Shown: positions 49,645 through 61,154 of the stretch, in pieces
Layout: the number at the start of each line of letters is the position of its first letter
Numbering within the stretch: position 1 is the first letter of the stretch
Source: Chiloscyllium plagiosum
Taxonomy: Eukaryota
Direction: 5' to 3'
NCBI RefSeq assembly: GCF_004010195.1
Contig: NC_057720.1
Location: 6,922,031-6,986,030, forward strand
Length of the DNA: 64,000 bases
The notes under the pieces: model-generated
What the model was told of the DNA's origin: nothing
Database searches by the model: none
What the model saw: only the letters and a program-made list of their open reading frames with translations
Translations under genes and position numbers: made by a program

Positions 49645-50921
49645 AGTGCTGGATGTCTTGAAATGCATAAAGGTGGATAAATCCCCAGGACCTGATCAGG
49701 TGTAACCTAGAATTCTGTGGGAAGCTAGAGAAGTGATTGCTGGGCCTCTTGCTGAGATATTTGTGTCATCGATAGTCACAGGTGAGGTGCCGGAAGCCTG
49801 GAGGTTGGCTAACGTGGTGCCACTGTTTAAGAAGGGCGGTAAAGACAAGCCAGGGAACTATAGACCAGTGCACTTGACGACGGTGGTGGGCAATTTATTG
49901 GAGGGAATCCTGAGGGACAGGATGTACATGTATTTGGAAAGGCAAGGACTGATTAGGGATAGTCAACATGGCTTTGTGCATGGGAAATCATGTCTCACAA
50001 ACTTGATTGAATTTTTTGAGGAAGTAACAAAGAGGATTGATGAGGGCAGAGCAGTAGATGTGATCTATATGGACTTCAGTCAGGCGTTCAACAGGTTCCC
50101 CATGGGAGACAGATCTCATGGAATACAGGGAGAACTCGCCATTTGGATACAGAACTGGCTAAAGGTAGAAGATAGAGGGTAGTGGTGGAGGATTATTTTT
50201 CAGACTGGAGGCCTGTGACCAGTGGAGTGCCACAAGGATCGGTGCTGGGACCTCTACTATTTGTCATTTACATAACTGATTTGGATGCGAGCATAGGAGG
50301 TACAGTTAGCAAGTTTGCAGATGACACCAAAATTGGAGGTGTAGTGGACAGCGAAGAGGATTACCTCAGATTACAACAGGATCTGGACCAGATGGGCCAA
50401 TGGGCTGAGAAGTGGCATATGGAGTTTAATTCAGATAAATGCGAGGTGTTGCATTTTGGGAAAGCAAATCTTAGCAGGACTTATACACTTAATGGTAAGG
50501 TCCTAGGGAGTGTTGCTGAACAAAGAGACCTTGGAGAGAAGGTTCATAGCTCCTTGAAAGTGGAGTCACAGGTAGATAGGATAAATAGACAAAGTCTTTT
50601 TCCTCAGGTGGAGGAGTCCAGAACTGGAGGGCATAGGTTCAGGGTGAGAGCTGAAAGATATAAAAGAGACCTAAGGGGCAACGTTTTCACACAGAGGGTG
50701 GTACGTGTATGGAATGAGCTGCCCGAGGAAGTGGTGGAGGCTGGTACAATTGCAACATTTACAAGGCATTTGGATGGGTATATGAATGGGAAGGGTTTGA
50801 AGAGATATGGGCCGGGTGCTGGCAGGTGGGACTAGATTGGGTTGGGATACGTGGTCGGCATGGACGGGTTGGACCGAAGGGTCTGTTTCCAAGCTGCACA
50901 TCTCTATGACTCTATGACTCT
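49645..50921 (+). mobile_element. Relatively young CR1 (HER1-like) RT to 3' end, with internal deletion
   Basis: [14 protein letters not shown] and SKFADDTK; (CTATGACT)n tail. Confidence 0.95.
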
Positions 50922-51825
50922 GTAACTGTGGGTGCCCTTCCACATTAAGGACTGCAGCAGTTCAAGAAGGTGGTTCACCACTGCCTTCTCTCGGACAACA
51001 GGGGATGAACAATCAATGCTGACATTCATGAAGGACTATTTTTAAAAAGCCATTCAGCCCCTCTGCGAACTTTCTGATGAAGCTGTCGACTTAGTTCCAT
51101 TCCCCTGTCCTTCCTCCTTTTAGTTTTACCCTTTGCCTAACTCCTACCTTTCCCTGTTTTGACTACCTTTTAAAAATATTTCATGAATGATTTTCAACAC
51201 TGCTTGAGCTAAACACTAGTGGGTGTAAATCAGTGTGAACATCTTGCATTTACGTGATACCTTGAACATAATTAGAAAGGAGCTTGATCAAACCAGACCA
51301 TATCGGGCAACATTGGGCCAGGTGACCAAAACCTTGACAAAAAGATAAATCTTTTTGAATGTCTAAGCAAAGGGAAGAAAGGAGGGTGTTGTGCCCATGC
51401 TCTGAAGACTACAGTAAAGGAGTTTCAACGTCATCAAGTGACCCACAAATACACTTTGTGGTCTTAAAGTGTTTTCCCACTTGTGCCTATCACACCTTAG
51501 CAGCAGAATGAGCTGTTGTACATCTCATGGTGTAACACGCTGGTCTTTGTAAAAGCAGAACTTCAGACTTCCCATAAGCAGGATCGATGTGAATTGTACA
51601 ATGAATGAGTAAGAAGCAAACGAGAAGCCTCTGATGATTCCCGGCCTCAGAGCAGATGTGGCAAGGAAACACCTTGGCCTGGCATGACTGGCCTGGCATG
51701 GTGGGCTTGTGGTGTGGCATGGTTGGCTTGCGGTGTGACATGGTGCCCTTCTCTCACCTCTCCCCCCAGGCGTGGCATCCTCTCAGCCACGCGGGGCACT
51801 CTTCTGATGGTATTTATCCTCAATA

Positions 51826-52106
51826 GGGCGGCACGGTGGCACAGTGGTTAGCACTGCTGCCTCACAGCGCCAGAGACCTGGGTTCAATTCCCACCTCAGG
51901 CGACTGACTGTGTGGAGTTTGCACATTCTCCCCGTGTCTGCGTGGGTTTCCTCCCGGTGCTCCCACAATCCAAAAATGTGCAGGTTTGGTGAAATGGCCA
52001 TGGTAAATTGCCCATAGTGTTAGGTGTAGGGGAATGGGTCTGGGTGGGTTGCGCTTCGGCGGGTCGATGTGGACTTTTTTTCATTACTGTAAGTAATCTA
52101 AACTAA
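51826..52106 (+). mobile_element. HE1-like V-SINE, near full length, inserted in a DeuSINE-like relic (about 51805-52270)
   Basis: A box TGGCACAGTGG (51837), B box GGTTCAATTCC (51881), V-domain and TAATCTAA tail. Confidence 0.9.
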
Positions 52107-52691
52107 CATGGTTAAAATCTGGTCATTGTCATCATGTTGTGTGTGAATTGGCAACTGCAATTCCTACATTACAAAACTGGCTAGAGTTCTTTGATTGCTC
52201 ATTGTTTAAAAGTCACTTTGGGACATCTGCAAGCCATGAAACATGTTAAGTAAGTGCAAGTTCATTCTTCCTATTCCGACATTGCAACAGGTGAGTCCAC
52301 AATGACCATCCGAAAAGGGCCCCAGGATAGTGCTGGATAATCTCAGTTCAGGCCTGGGGGAGGCTACGGGAGGCTGGAGAGCTGACAACGCCACAGTGAG
52401 TTTTCTGCATGTGAGACAAGAACACAGAACATGATTAACCATGTGTTTTGGCCTTCGCTGATCAATGGTGAAAGGTGATTGGTTGTGAGGTGAAGCCATG
52501 GTGATGACCAATACTGATTTAGCTTGGCTCATGGACAAAGAATGGGGGATTTAGAGGAAAGCCAAATCAGGTCATTCTGTGGCAGTGCCACTGGATTCGG
52601 TGAAGGGGTAAATACATTGAGGAAATTGCAACACTAGATGGATCACAATGGATCAATGTAAAAGAATTGTTGGGGTTTATATCACTTGACA

Positions 52692-52790
52692 TTCCTGATG
52701 AAGGGCTCCAGCCCGAAACGTCGATTTTCCTGCTCCCCGGATGCTGCCTGGCCTGCTGTGCTTCACCAGCACCACATTCTCAATTCTGTA
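52692..52790 (+). mobile_element. Family A monomer starting at an intact hammerhead-like core
   Basis: TTC-CTGATGA-A-GGGC-TCCA-GCCC-GAA-ACGT-C-GA. Confidence 0.85.
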
Positions 52791-53730
52791 GGACGTAACA
52801 TGTCATTCCATTTGTGATCCAGAGACCCAAGTGAATGGTCTGGAGGCATGGGTTCACCATCGCATCTGGTGGAATTTAAATTAAACTTATAAGCTGAAAA
52901 GGGAAAATTGTATCCTAGTGAAGGTGCCTGTGACCACTATTGTGAAACCCCACCTGATTCATGGATTTCGTTTCAGGAGGGCAATCTACTATTCTTACTC
53001 AGTCTGGCCTATGTCAGACTCCAGACTGACAACAATGTATTTGACCCCTAACTACCCTCTGAGAAGGCCAAAATAGATGCCTAGATTAAGGCAATTAGGA
53101 ATGGGGAACAAATGCTAGCCTCAGCAGCAATTAACATAACACACAATAACATATCTTTTTTAAATAAAAGATTTTCAAGTGCAGTTTTTTTTATTCATTC
53201 ACAGGATTAAAGTGTCACTGGTATTTTTTGCCCATCACTAATTGCCCCAGAGAGCAGTTAAGAGTCAACCACATTGTCTGGAGTCACATGTCGGCCAGAC
53301 CAGGTAAGGATGGAAGATTTCCTTCCCCGGAGGACATTAGTAAACGAGATGGGTTTCCCCTGACAATGCATTCATGGTCACCATTAGACTCTTAATCACA
53401 GACTTTTGTTGAATTCAGATTTCACCGTCTGCCATGGTGGGATTCAAACCCAGGTCCCCAGAACATCTCCTGTCTAATAATAAATCAAAAAGTGTGATAG
53501 TGGAAAAGCACAGCCAGTTAGGCAGCATCCGAGAAGCAGGAGAGTCGACATTTCAGTCATAAGCTCTTCATCATTTCTGATGAAGAGCTTGTGCTTGAAC
53601 TGTTGATTCTCCTGCTCCTCGGATGCTGCCTGACCTGCTGTGCTTTTCCAGCACCACACTTTTTGAATCTGATCTCCAGCATCTGCAGTGCTCACTTTCT
53701 CCCAGGTCAGTGATAATACCAGTGGACCAT
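52790..53730. mobile_element. Two central-domain tRNA SINEs tail-to-tail; the second contains a fold-back family A element (about 53480-53702)
   Basis: Similarity to 61155-61805; inverted arms meeting at CTTCATCA-TT-TCTGATGAAG. Confidence 0.75.
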
Positions 53731-54459
53731 CTCCTCCCCTTAATCACTGATCATGCAATGTTAGAAATGCAACAACCAATTTGTTCATTGAAAGGCCCCA
53801 CAAACATCAATATAATTGTTAGCCAGGTATCTTTTTTTTAATGGATTTTGGGTAAGAGATGAGCATTGGCTTGGGCACAAAGATGATCAATTTTAGTTAA
53901 GAGCTTTGTGGTAAATGTAAAACCTGAATAGCATTGAAGTGAAATCCGACTGAGGGGAAAACGCTGCAGGAATTCTGCACTTATACCGGAGAAAGGCTTT
54001 GTGAATTTGTGGCAAACCATGGTTCACCTCCTTGTTTAAAAATAAGGATGATTTTATAACAGGGTTAATAAGTCACCTCATTTTTCTTTCACTGAGCTTG
54101 ATGCTAGCTGCACTCTCTAACCTTTAGACAATAAACGCCTCTGCACTTGGGAGTCAGTAACTAAGATAACAGTAGCTGTTTCAGGCAATTTACAGTGTCC
54201 AAATCCAAGGGTTAAAATTGTGAGATAATCACTAATAAATAACAAGAAATGCAGAAAAGTCACCTCAACCCAGAAAGTGATTAAAATATAATACTTGCTA
54301 TCATAGGGATAAGGTAAAGCAAATAGTAAGGGTGATTGGGTAGACAGGAAGGAGAATGGAAGGTTACGCTGATAGCATGAGAAGGCTCTTTTTAAAATTT
54401 GTTTCACAAGTGCAAAGCCCGTGCAACCCAGTAATAGCCTCCTCATATTCCGAGTTTAA

Positions 54460-54870
54460 GCCGAGTTAGTGTGCCAAGGGAACCTCTTCATCAACATTGC
54501 TTGTGTCTATCTACAAGTACATGAGGGGTTTGTCCTGAGGATCCAGTGGTGGAGGTTAATTGCTCATGGGTCTTGTTTTATCTTGAATCTGTTTAACAAG
54601 GACCACTCACACCCTGGTAGTTCCACGTTGGCCATTCAGCAGATGGGTTTTGTCACAAGCAACTTGTTAGTGACTTTCCATGGTTCTCTTTTCTTGAAGG
54701 AGGGCTCGTTAATAGATCTCGCTCGAAGGTTTCTCCATATTGGGCACCAAGTTGGAAGGCAGGCAGTAAGTGGCTGAACAGGCCGTTGCGAGGTAATAGT
54801 GGAGGCCTATCTGGAGCATGGACCAACACAAATCGGTGATCAGCCATCATGTCTCGGATGAAGCGATTCA
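54460..54870 (-). mobile_element. Ancient Vingi/Ingi-like LINE 3' relic
   Basis: Minus-strand translation VTNKLLVTKPIC*MANVELPGCEWSLLNRFKIKQDP*AINLHHWILRTNPSCTCR*TQAM, preceded by LFSH/TACLPTWCPIW. Confidence 0.65.
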
Positions 54871-55025
54871 TAAGAACCAGTTCCCAAGGAATAAAGATTA
54901 AATTATGAGGCGGAATTTCATAAACTGAACTTGAATTCCCTGGAATTTAGAAGGTTAAGAATAAGGAGCACAGGAACAGGAAAAGGCCATTCAGCCCCAC
55001 AAGCCTGTTCTACAATTCAATTACG

Positions 55026-55378
55026 GAGGTAAAAACAATGACTGCAGATGCTGGAAACCAGATTCTGGATTAGTGGTGCTGGAAGAGCACAGCAATTCAG
55101 GCAGCATCCGAGGAGCTTCGAAATCGACGTTTCGGGCAAAAGCCCTTCATCAGGAATAAAGGCAGTGAGCCTGAAGCGTGGAGAGATAAGCGAGAGGAGG
55201 GTGGGGGTGGGGATAGAGTAGCATAGAGTACAATAGGTCAGTGGGGGAGGAGATGAAGGTGATAGGTCAGGGAGGAGAGGGTGGAGTGGATAGGTGGAAA
55301 AGGAGCTGGGCAGGTCGGACAAGTCCGGACAAGTCAAGGGGACAGTTTTGCTGGAGGTTAGAAACTAGGATGAGGTGG
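55026..55378 (-). mobile_element. Longer family A PLE 3' end (pyrimidine-rich UTR plus intact hammerhead-like core), inserted in a CR1 tail
   Basis: Minus strand TTATTC-CTGATGA-A-GGGC-TTTT-GCCC-GAA-ACGT-C-GA at about 55124-55159. Confidence 0.9.
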
Positions 55379-55766
55379 GCACATCAGGGCAGATCTGTGG
55401 CAGAACTCCATATCCCATTGGTCCATATCCCTTCGTACCTTTGATAAACAAAAATTATCTATCTCAGATCTAACATTGACACTGATCCTGCAATCACTTC
55501 ACTTGTGGATGAGAGTTTCAAACATCTACCATCTATTGTATGTAGAAGTGCTTCCTAACATCTCTCCTGAATGGACCAACTTCTCAGACTGTGCCCCTTA
55601 GTTCTAAAATCCCCAACGATGGAGAACGTTTATCTTTATCTACCCTATCTTGGTCACTAGCGGCTAGAATAGACTGTTTCAGTATCTGTGGAGTTGCAAT
55701 GGCTATTGGACACTCTGCAAATGTGAACAACTATCTCTGCTTCTGACCTTGTGATAGACAGGACTA

Positions 55767-56402
55767 CAGAGGAACCTCAATTATCCGAACGAGATGGGCG
55801 AGCACTATTTCATTCGAATAATTGATTATTTAGATCATCGATTTTACCTTAACCAAGGGAAGCCATACTGATCTAACGCGGTGCTCCACTGGAGAATTCG
55901 TTTAAATCGATCATTTTAATGAGTCTGCTATTTAAACAAACTAACCTTTGCATTCTGCAAATTACAGGTTAAACTAAGAAGGACTAAACCCAGAATGAAA
56001 TCCCAGCATTAAACAAGGTCCCGAACGGCTTCTACGATTGCAGGAGCATTTGTCAGTTTCCGGGAACTCAGTGTCGCGATAGTAAGACAGAAGTGCCGTC
56101 TCGCGCATGTGTTTACTTGCTCAGTCATATTTTTCATGAACACCTTGGTAAAGTGATGAGAATATTCTGTAAAATACTTTTGCAAAGGGCTGAGTACCTA
56201 ACCCTCACTTCAAAAATATCCAGTCGCTGATGTTCGAAGTGCTTGTGTATCTTTGTTTTTGCCAGCATTTTCACATCTTCTTCAGTACAGGTAAATTGAA
56301 TACACTTATATCTTTGATGTAACATTTTTGCGGGACCTTGAGATCTTCTTCGGATAACCTGAAATTTGGATAATTGATATTCGGATAATCGAGGTTCCTC
56401 TG
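55767..56402. mobile_element. Non-autonomous Tc1/mariner-pogo (Tigger-like) DNA transposon (MITE), 636 bp
   Basis: TIRs CAGAGGAACCTC(A/G)ATTATCCGAA and TTCGGATAATCGAGGTTCCTCTG; TA on both sides (55765-55766, 56403-56404); subterminal GGATAA repeats. Confidence 0.9.
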
Positions 56403-57254
56403 TATTCAGGCCATTCAGCCCATTCTGCCATTCAATGTGATTATAGCTTGATCTGATCGCCCTCAACTCCATTTTCCAGCTTCCTCCCCATAATTTTTCA
56501 TTCCCTTACTGATTAAAAATCTCTCTATCTCAGCCTTGACAGCTCTTTGCTGTAAAGAATTCCACAGATTCACTACCCTCTGAGTGAAGACATTCCTCCT
56601 CATCTCTTTCTTGAATCTCTTGTTCTGAGATTTTGCGGTCTGGTCCTAGACTCACCCACAAGGGACCCAACTGCATCTAAAACACTCGGTTCATGGGTAC
56701 TGGGGGATGGGTAACAAATTGTGCCCATTTCCTGTGAAAGGGTAAGGGTAACAACAAAACCCAAACTGGAGATCAATCGATGTTTCCTGAGAAGGAAATG
56801 CAGACAGAAGTGGAGAGAATCATGATTCTTGTATTTCATTGTAATGGGTATGAGGCGAGAAGGTTTAACAAAACATCTGTCTTTTCAGGAATACCCTGTT
56901 CAAAGTTCTGGGTCACCAGGTGACAGTCAGGATACAGATTGGACATTATTCCCTCCCTAAGGGCATTGTGGGTCAACCTTCAGCGCACAGATTTCTGTGG
57001 TTCTAGAAGGTATCTCACCACCACCTTCTTAAGGACAACTAGGGATGGGCAAGAAATGTTGGCTCAACCAGCAATGCCCATATACCGTGAGATAGACAAG
57101 ATGCCAGCACAGTAGGACAGTCTGTCCATTTCTTTTTTACTTCTTGTCTTCCTTTCTCTTTTGTGTTTCTTTTTTCTCTTCTCTTGTCAGCAACGTCCTG
57201 AACTCTTGACCTCAGCAAGGTATCCTTTCAGCTTGATGTAGCCATCACCTGGAC

Positions 57255-57770
57255 CAGCGTGGTGGTCTCTCGGCCTAATGTGGTGATCTCTTGGCCTGAT
57301 GTGGTGGTCTCTTGTCCTGACATGGTGGTGTCTCAGCCTCATATGGTGGTCTCTTGCTCAGCAAGGTGTTCTCTTGGCCTGATGTGATGGTCGCTCAGCC
57401 TGATGTGGTGGTCTCTCAGCCTGACATGGTGGTCTCTCGCTCAGCGTGGTGGTCTCTCGCTCAGAATGGTGGTCTCTCGGCCTGATGTGGTGGTCTTTCG
57501 GCCTGACGTGGTGGTTTCTCGGCCTGATGTGATGGTCTCTCGGCCTGATGTGGTGGTCTCTCAGCCTGATGTGGTGGTCTCTCGGCCTGACATAGTGGTC
57601 TCTCAGCCTGATATAGTGGTCTCTCGGCCTGACATGGTGGTCTCTCGGCCTAATGTGGTGGTCCCTCTGCCTGACATGGTGGTCTCTCAGCCTGATGTGA
57701 TGGTCTCTCGGCCTGATGTGGTGGTCTCTCAGCCTGACAAGGTTGTCTCTCAGTCTGGCATGGTGACCTC
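57255..57770. repeat. 21-bp minisatellite (GGCCTGATGTGGTGGTCTCTC)n, about 24 units
   Basis: Direct observation; translates as (SRPDVVV)n. Confidence 0.95.
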
Positions 57771-58284
57771 AGTGTGGACATCCGGCCTTGAGATGATTCT
57801 AGAATAGTCTCCTGACCTTGAGATTCTCAAGGTGAATCCCAAGAGTGATTTGGAGTCAATCTACCAGTGTGGGTGGGTTGGAAGGACTGTAGCTCTGAAC
57901 TTTTCATTTCTACATTTTCTAATTTATTCTTATGATGTGTAATGCTTTTTATTTCTTTATTTTTCTAATTATTTTTCCCTAATAACTTGTACTGAAGAAT
58001 CTATATGTAAATGTTTCATTGTAATCACGTGAGCATAAAGCTAATTCAATTCAGTGCAACAAATTCTTATTAATTTGTGGAATAAGCTTGAGAAGTTGTG
58101 CCACCTCTTCCTGTTCTGATGAATGCCCTGTTCGATGCAATTCTATGCCGTGATCTACCTTTGCTGAAAATTGGGCTAATCTTTACGAAAGCTCAGGACC
58201 TCTGTTGTGAGTCACTACAAGTAAGGTGAGCACAGCCACCAATCAACCTGAGGACTGGGATCACTGTAGTGAATTCATCATAGA

Positions 58285-58830
58285 TAATCATAGAATCCCT
58301 GCATTGGGAAACAGGCTCTTCAGCCCAACAAATCCACACCAACCTTCCAAAGAGCAACCCACACAGATCTATTCCCCTACCCTATTACTTTACATTTACC
58401 CCTGACTAATGCACCTAATCTACACATCCCTGAACACTATGGGCAATTTAGCATGGTCAATTCACCTAACTTGCACATCTTTGGACTGTGTGAGGCAAGC
58501 AGAGCACCCGGAGAAAACCCACGCAGACACGGGAAAAATGTGCAATCACTACACAGGCAGTCACCAGTCGGTTAGCACTGCTGCCTCACAGCGCCAGGGA
58601 CCTGGGTTTGATTCCAGTCTCAGGCAGTTGTCTGTATGGAGTTTGTACATTCTCCCCGTGTCTGCATAGGTTTCCTACAGGTGGTCTGGTTTCCTCCCAC
58701 TGTCCAAAGATGTGGAGGTTAGGTGAATTAGCCATGATAATAGCGAGGTTATGGAGATAGCGCGGGTGCGGTTCTGATACCCTTGGGAGGGTCAGTATTG
58801 ACCCGATGGGCCAAATAGCCTGCTTCCACA
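58285..58830. mobile_element. Head-to-head pair of HE1-like SINEs (- 58285-58567; + 58570-58830)
   Basis: V-domain on both strands, abutting at about 58568. Confidence 0.85.
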
Positions 58831-59757
58831 ATGAAAAGTACTCTCCAAAAGTAAAACATCAAAAGTGTAAGTCACTGAGGGGGTACAATTTTCAAGTGCT
58901 CAATTAGTGAACCACACTAAACAGCAACATTGGCTGATGAATTCCTGAACTGTTCTGAGCTCCTATAACACTCCAGGGTTCAGTCTCATGGCTGAGTTTT
59001 CTTGGTGAGTTTTCTGCCAAAAGGACATGCATCTGACTGAACAAACATAGGCCATCATACCAAAGGAGTGGCAGAAATGCCATCTTTCTGATAGAAACGT
59101 CACCCAAGTCCCTGGCTAGAGTCCCCGTATGGATGTGAAAAAGGTTCCAGTCAGACTATTTGAAGACAGTGCTGTTGGTTTTAGAACATTCATGAGGACA
59201 GTTATCTAATCTAGGCAGTCAAGGACTTGTAGCAATTTTCTCATATTTTATTGAGTTTGCTAAGGAGTAGCAACTGAGATATGATCCATTAGTTCATTAG
59301 ACAAAGAAAATGTGCAACCACAACAGTTGGAAATAGTTCACTGATACCAAAGGACAAACATGCAGAATGTTGAGGTCTCGTTAAAGTGGTGGCAGCGGCA
59401 TCCTGAGCACATGCCCAGGTGTGAGGGAACTCATCCCTGGGTCTTCTTCTGGTCCATCTTCCATTTGCCTGATGAGGACGTCTTGATGAAGTTGGGGACT
59501 ACCCAATGAAAACTGTTGCCTACAAGGTCTGCTTGATGAGAACTGCACAAAAACGATCTGCCCTCTGTCCTGAGTACATATTGTTATTTCATATTTCTAG
59601 GGACCAGTAACTTGCACTGTGTCAGTCAATTGTCTGACCCCACTTGGCCATACACATGCTGTGGTTATGAGGATGGGTCAGTGGCCAGGATTATAGGCAG
59701 AAATTCAGGGAGCTAGGGTGGAAGCTTAGAGCCAGAACAAACAGAGTCGTTATCTCT

Positions 59758-60045
59758 AGAAGGACAAGGGCAACAGTTTCATAGGCACACCACTACCTGA
59801 AAGTTCCCCTCCAAGTCACATACCATCTTGACTTGGAAATATGTTTGCCATTCCTTCACTGTCACTGGGTCGAAATTCTGGAATTCCCTCCCTCGGGGCA
59901 CTATGGGTCTACCGACAGCACATGTACTGCAGCGGTTCAAGAAGGCAGCTCTCTCCCTCCTTCTCAAGGGAAGCTAGGGCAATAAACGATGGCCAGCCAG
60001 CATCACCCATGTCCCAATAATGATCATAACATAAAGAAAAAAAGC
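59758..60045 (+). mobile_element. 3' end of the old CR1/L2-group LINE family
   Basis: AAGTTCCCCTCCAAGTCACATACCATCTTGACTTGG...CTGCAGCGGTTCAAGAAGGCAGCTC...GGGCAATAAA. Confidence 0.75.
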
Positions 60046-60334
60046 ACACTGATCATAGAATGCATTTGTTGCCAGATAAATTTTTGACATTATTTCAATG
60101 GATATCATGGCTTCCCTGTATTTTTGTCATTCTCTTTGTTTTCCCATGCTAGAATTTTGAAAAGGTAATTACTCCTGGAAAAGCTGTTCAATGAAATCTC
60201 ATGCTAAATGGTAAATCAAGGAAAATTCAGTTTTTAAGGAATACCAACATCTAACAGTAGAAGGGAGTTATCCGCAAGATTCTGCTCTCAATCAATGAGA
60301 TACCCAAATGGGATTAATTTGTGCAGTCACTCCT

Positions 60335-60600
60335 ATAACTTACAGCAGCCAATTGTCACCCAGGGAGGTCCCACAAACAGCAAAAATATGAGCCAATACA
60401 CTGGGAATAACTCCATAAGATCTTCTTTGAAATAGAGCCAAAGAATTGTTTTCACCCACCGAGAGGGCTGGTGCGTATATAATTTAGTATCGCATTCAAA
60501 AGAAGGTACCTCCCACATTGCAACACGCTTCATCTGAGACTGAAGTGTCAGCCGTAGGGCTGAAACCTCAGAGCGCACCTTCAACCCCAAACTGTAAAAC
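60335..60600 (-). mobile_element. DeuSINE-like (SacSINE1/AmnSINE1-type) relic
   Basis: Minus strand GGCTGACACTTCAG...GGAGGTACCTTCTTTTGAATG...CTATTTCAAAGAAG...TTGCTGTTTGTGGGA resembles the Deu domain as recalled; not database-checked. Confidence 0.55.
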
Positions 60601-61154
60601 TTGGAGGCTAATAATTTTCATTGGTTCTTGTAAATTGGCTGTTGTTCATTAGACCAGAATTTATTGCCCATAGGGCAGTTAACTACATTACTGTGGGTCT
60701 GGAGTCACCAGGTCAGACCAGGTAAGGACAGTTTCCTTCTCTAAAGGACATCAGTGAACCAGATGGAGTTTGAACAACAATCAATAGTCTTCATTAAACT
60801 AGCTTTTTAATTCCACCATTGAATTTGTCTTCTGTCATGGTGGGATTCAAATCCACATTCTCAGATCATAAACATGGTGCTCTGGATGACTAGTCCAGTG
60901 ACATTACCAATTCACCATCACCTCCCTGTAGGGGAGCCACTGATGACAGGGTGAGATGAGCTAACATAATTTTTGAAGTAGTGAACTGTTCAAATCTTTG
61001 AAGCAGAGCCGAAATAAAAAAATCAAAAGATTCATCCTTGGTGTTCTGACTTATGAGGAGAATGTTAAAAATGTCTTCGTGTTGAAAAAGAAACAGATGT
61101 GAGATGATCTGGTGAGGGTTCAGAAAAAAACAGCAGAGGAAAGCAAGTAGGGTA

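Larger units (their letters stand above)
46330..51050 (+). mobile_element. Old CR1/L2-group LINE split by many insertions (family C 46535-46660, family A 46861-46990 and 47872-47972, HE1 47015-47342, two CR1s)
   Basis: SDAQLGFCQGHSAPDLMTALI; FINDLPS...FPDDCT at about 47565-47630; shared tail at 50945-51030. Confidence 0.65.

Noticed and set aside
51490..51741. Zinc-finger-like FPCHIC in a minus-strand ORF
   Set aside because: Spacing to the histidines does not fit C2H2, and the ORF starts in a short tandem repeat
51826..51900. tRNA gene (A and B boxes)
   Set aside because: Continues directly into the V-domain and tail of an HE1-like SINE
57255..57770. CRISPR-like array or repeat-protein gene
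   Set aside because: Units are contiguous with no unique spacers, there are no cas genes, and the context is vertebrate; the open frame follows from a 21-bp stop-free unit
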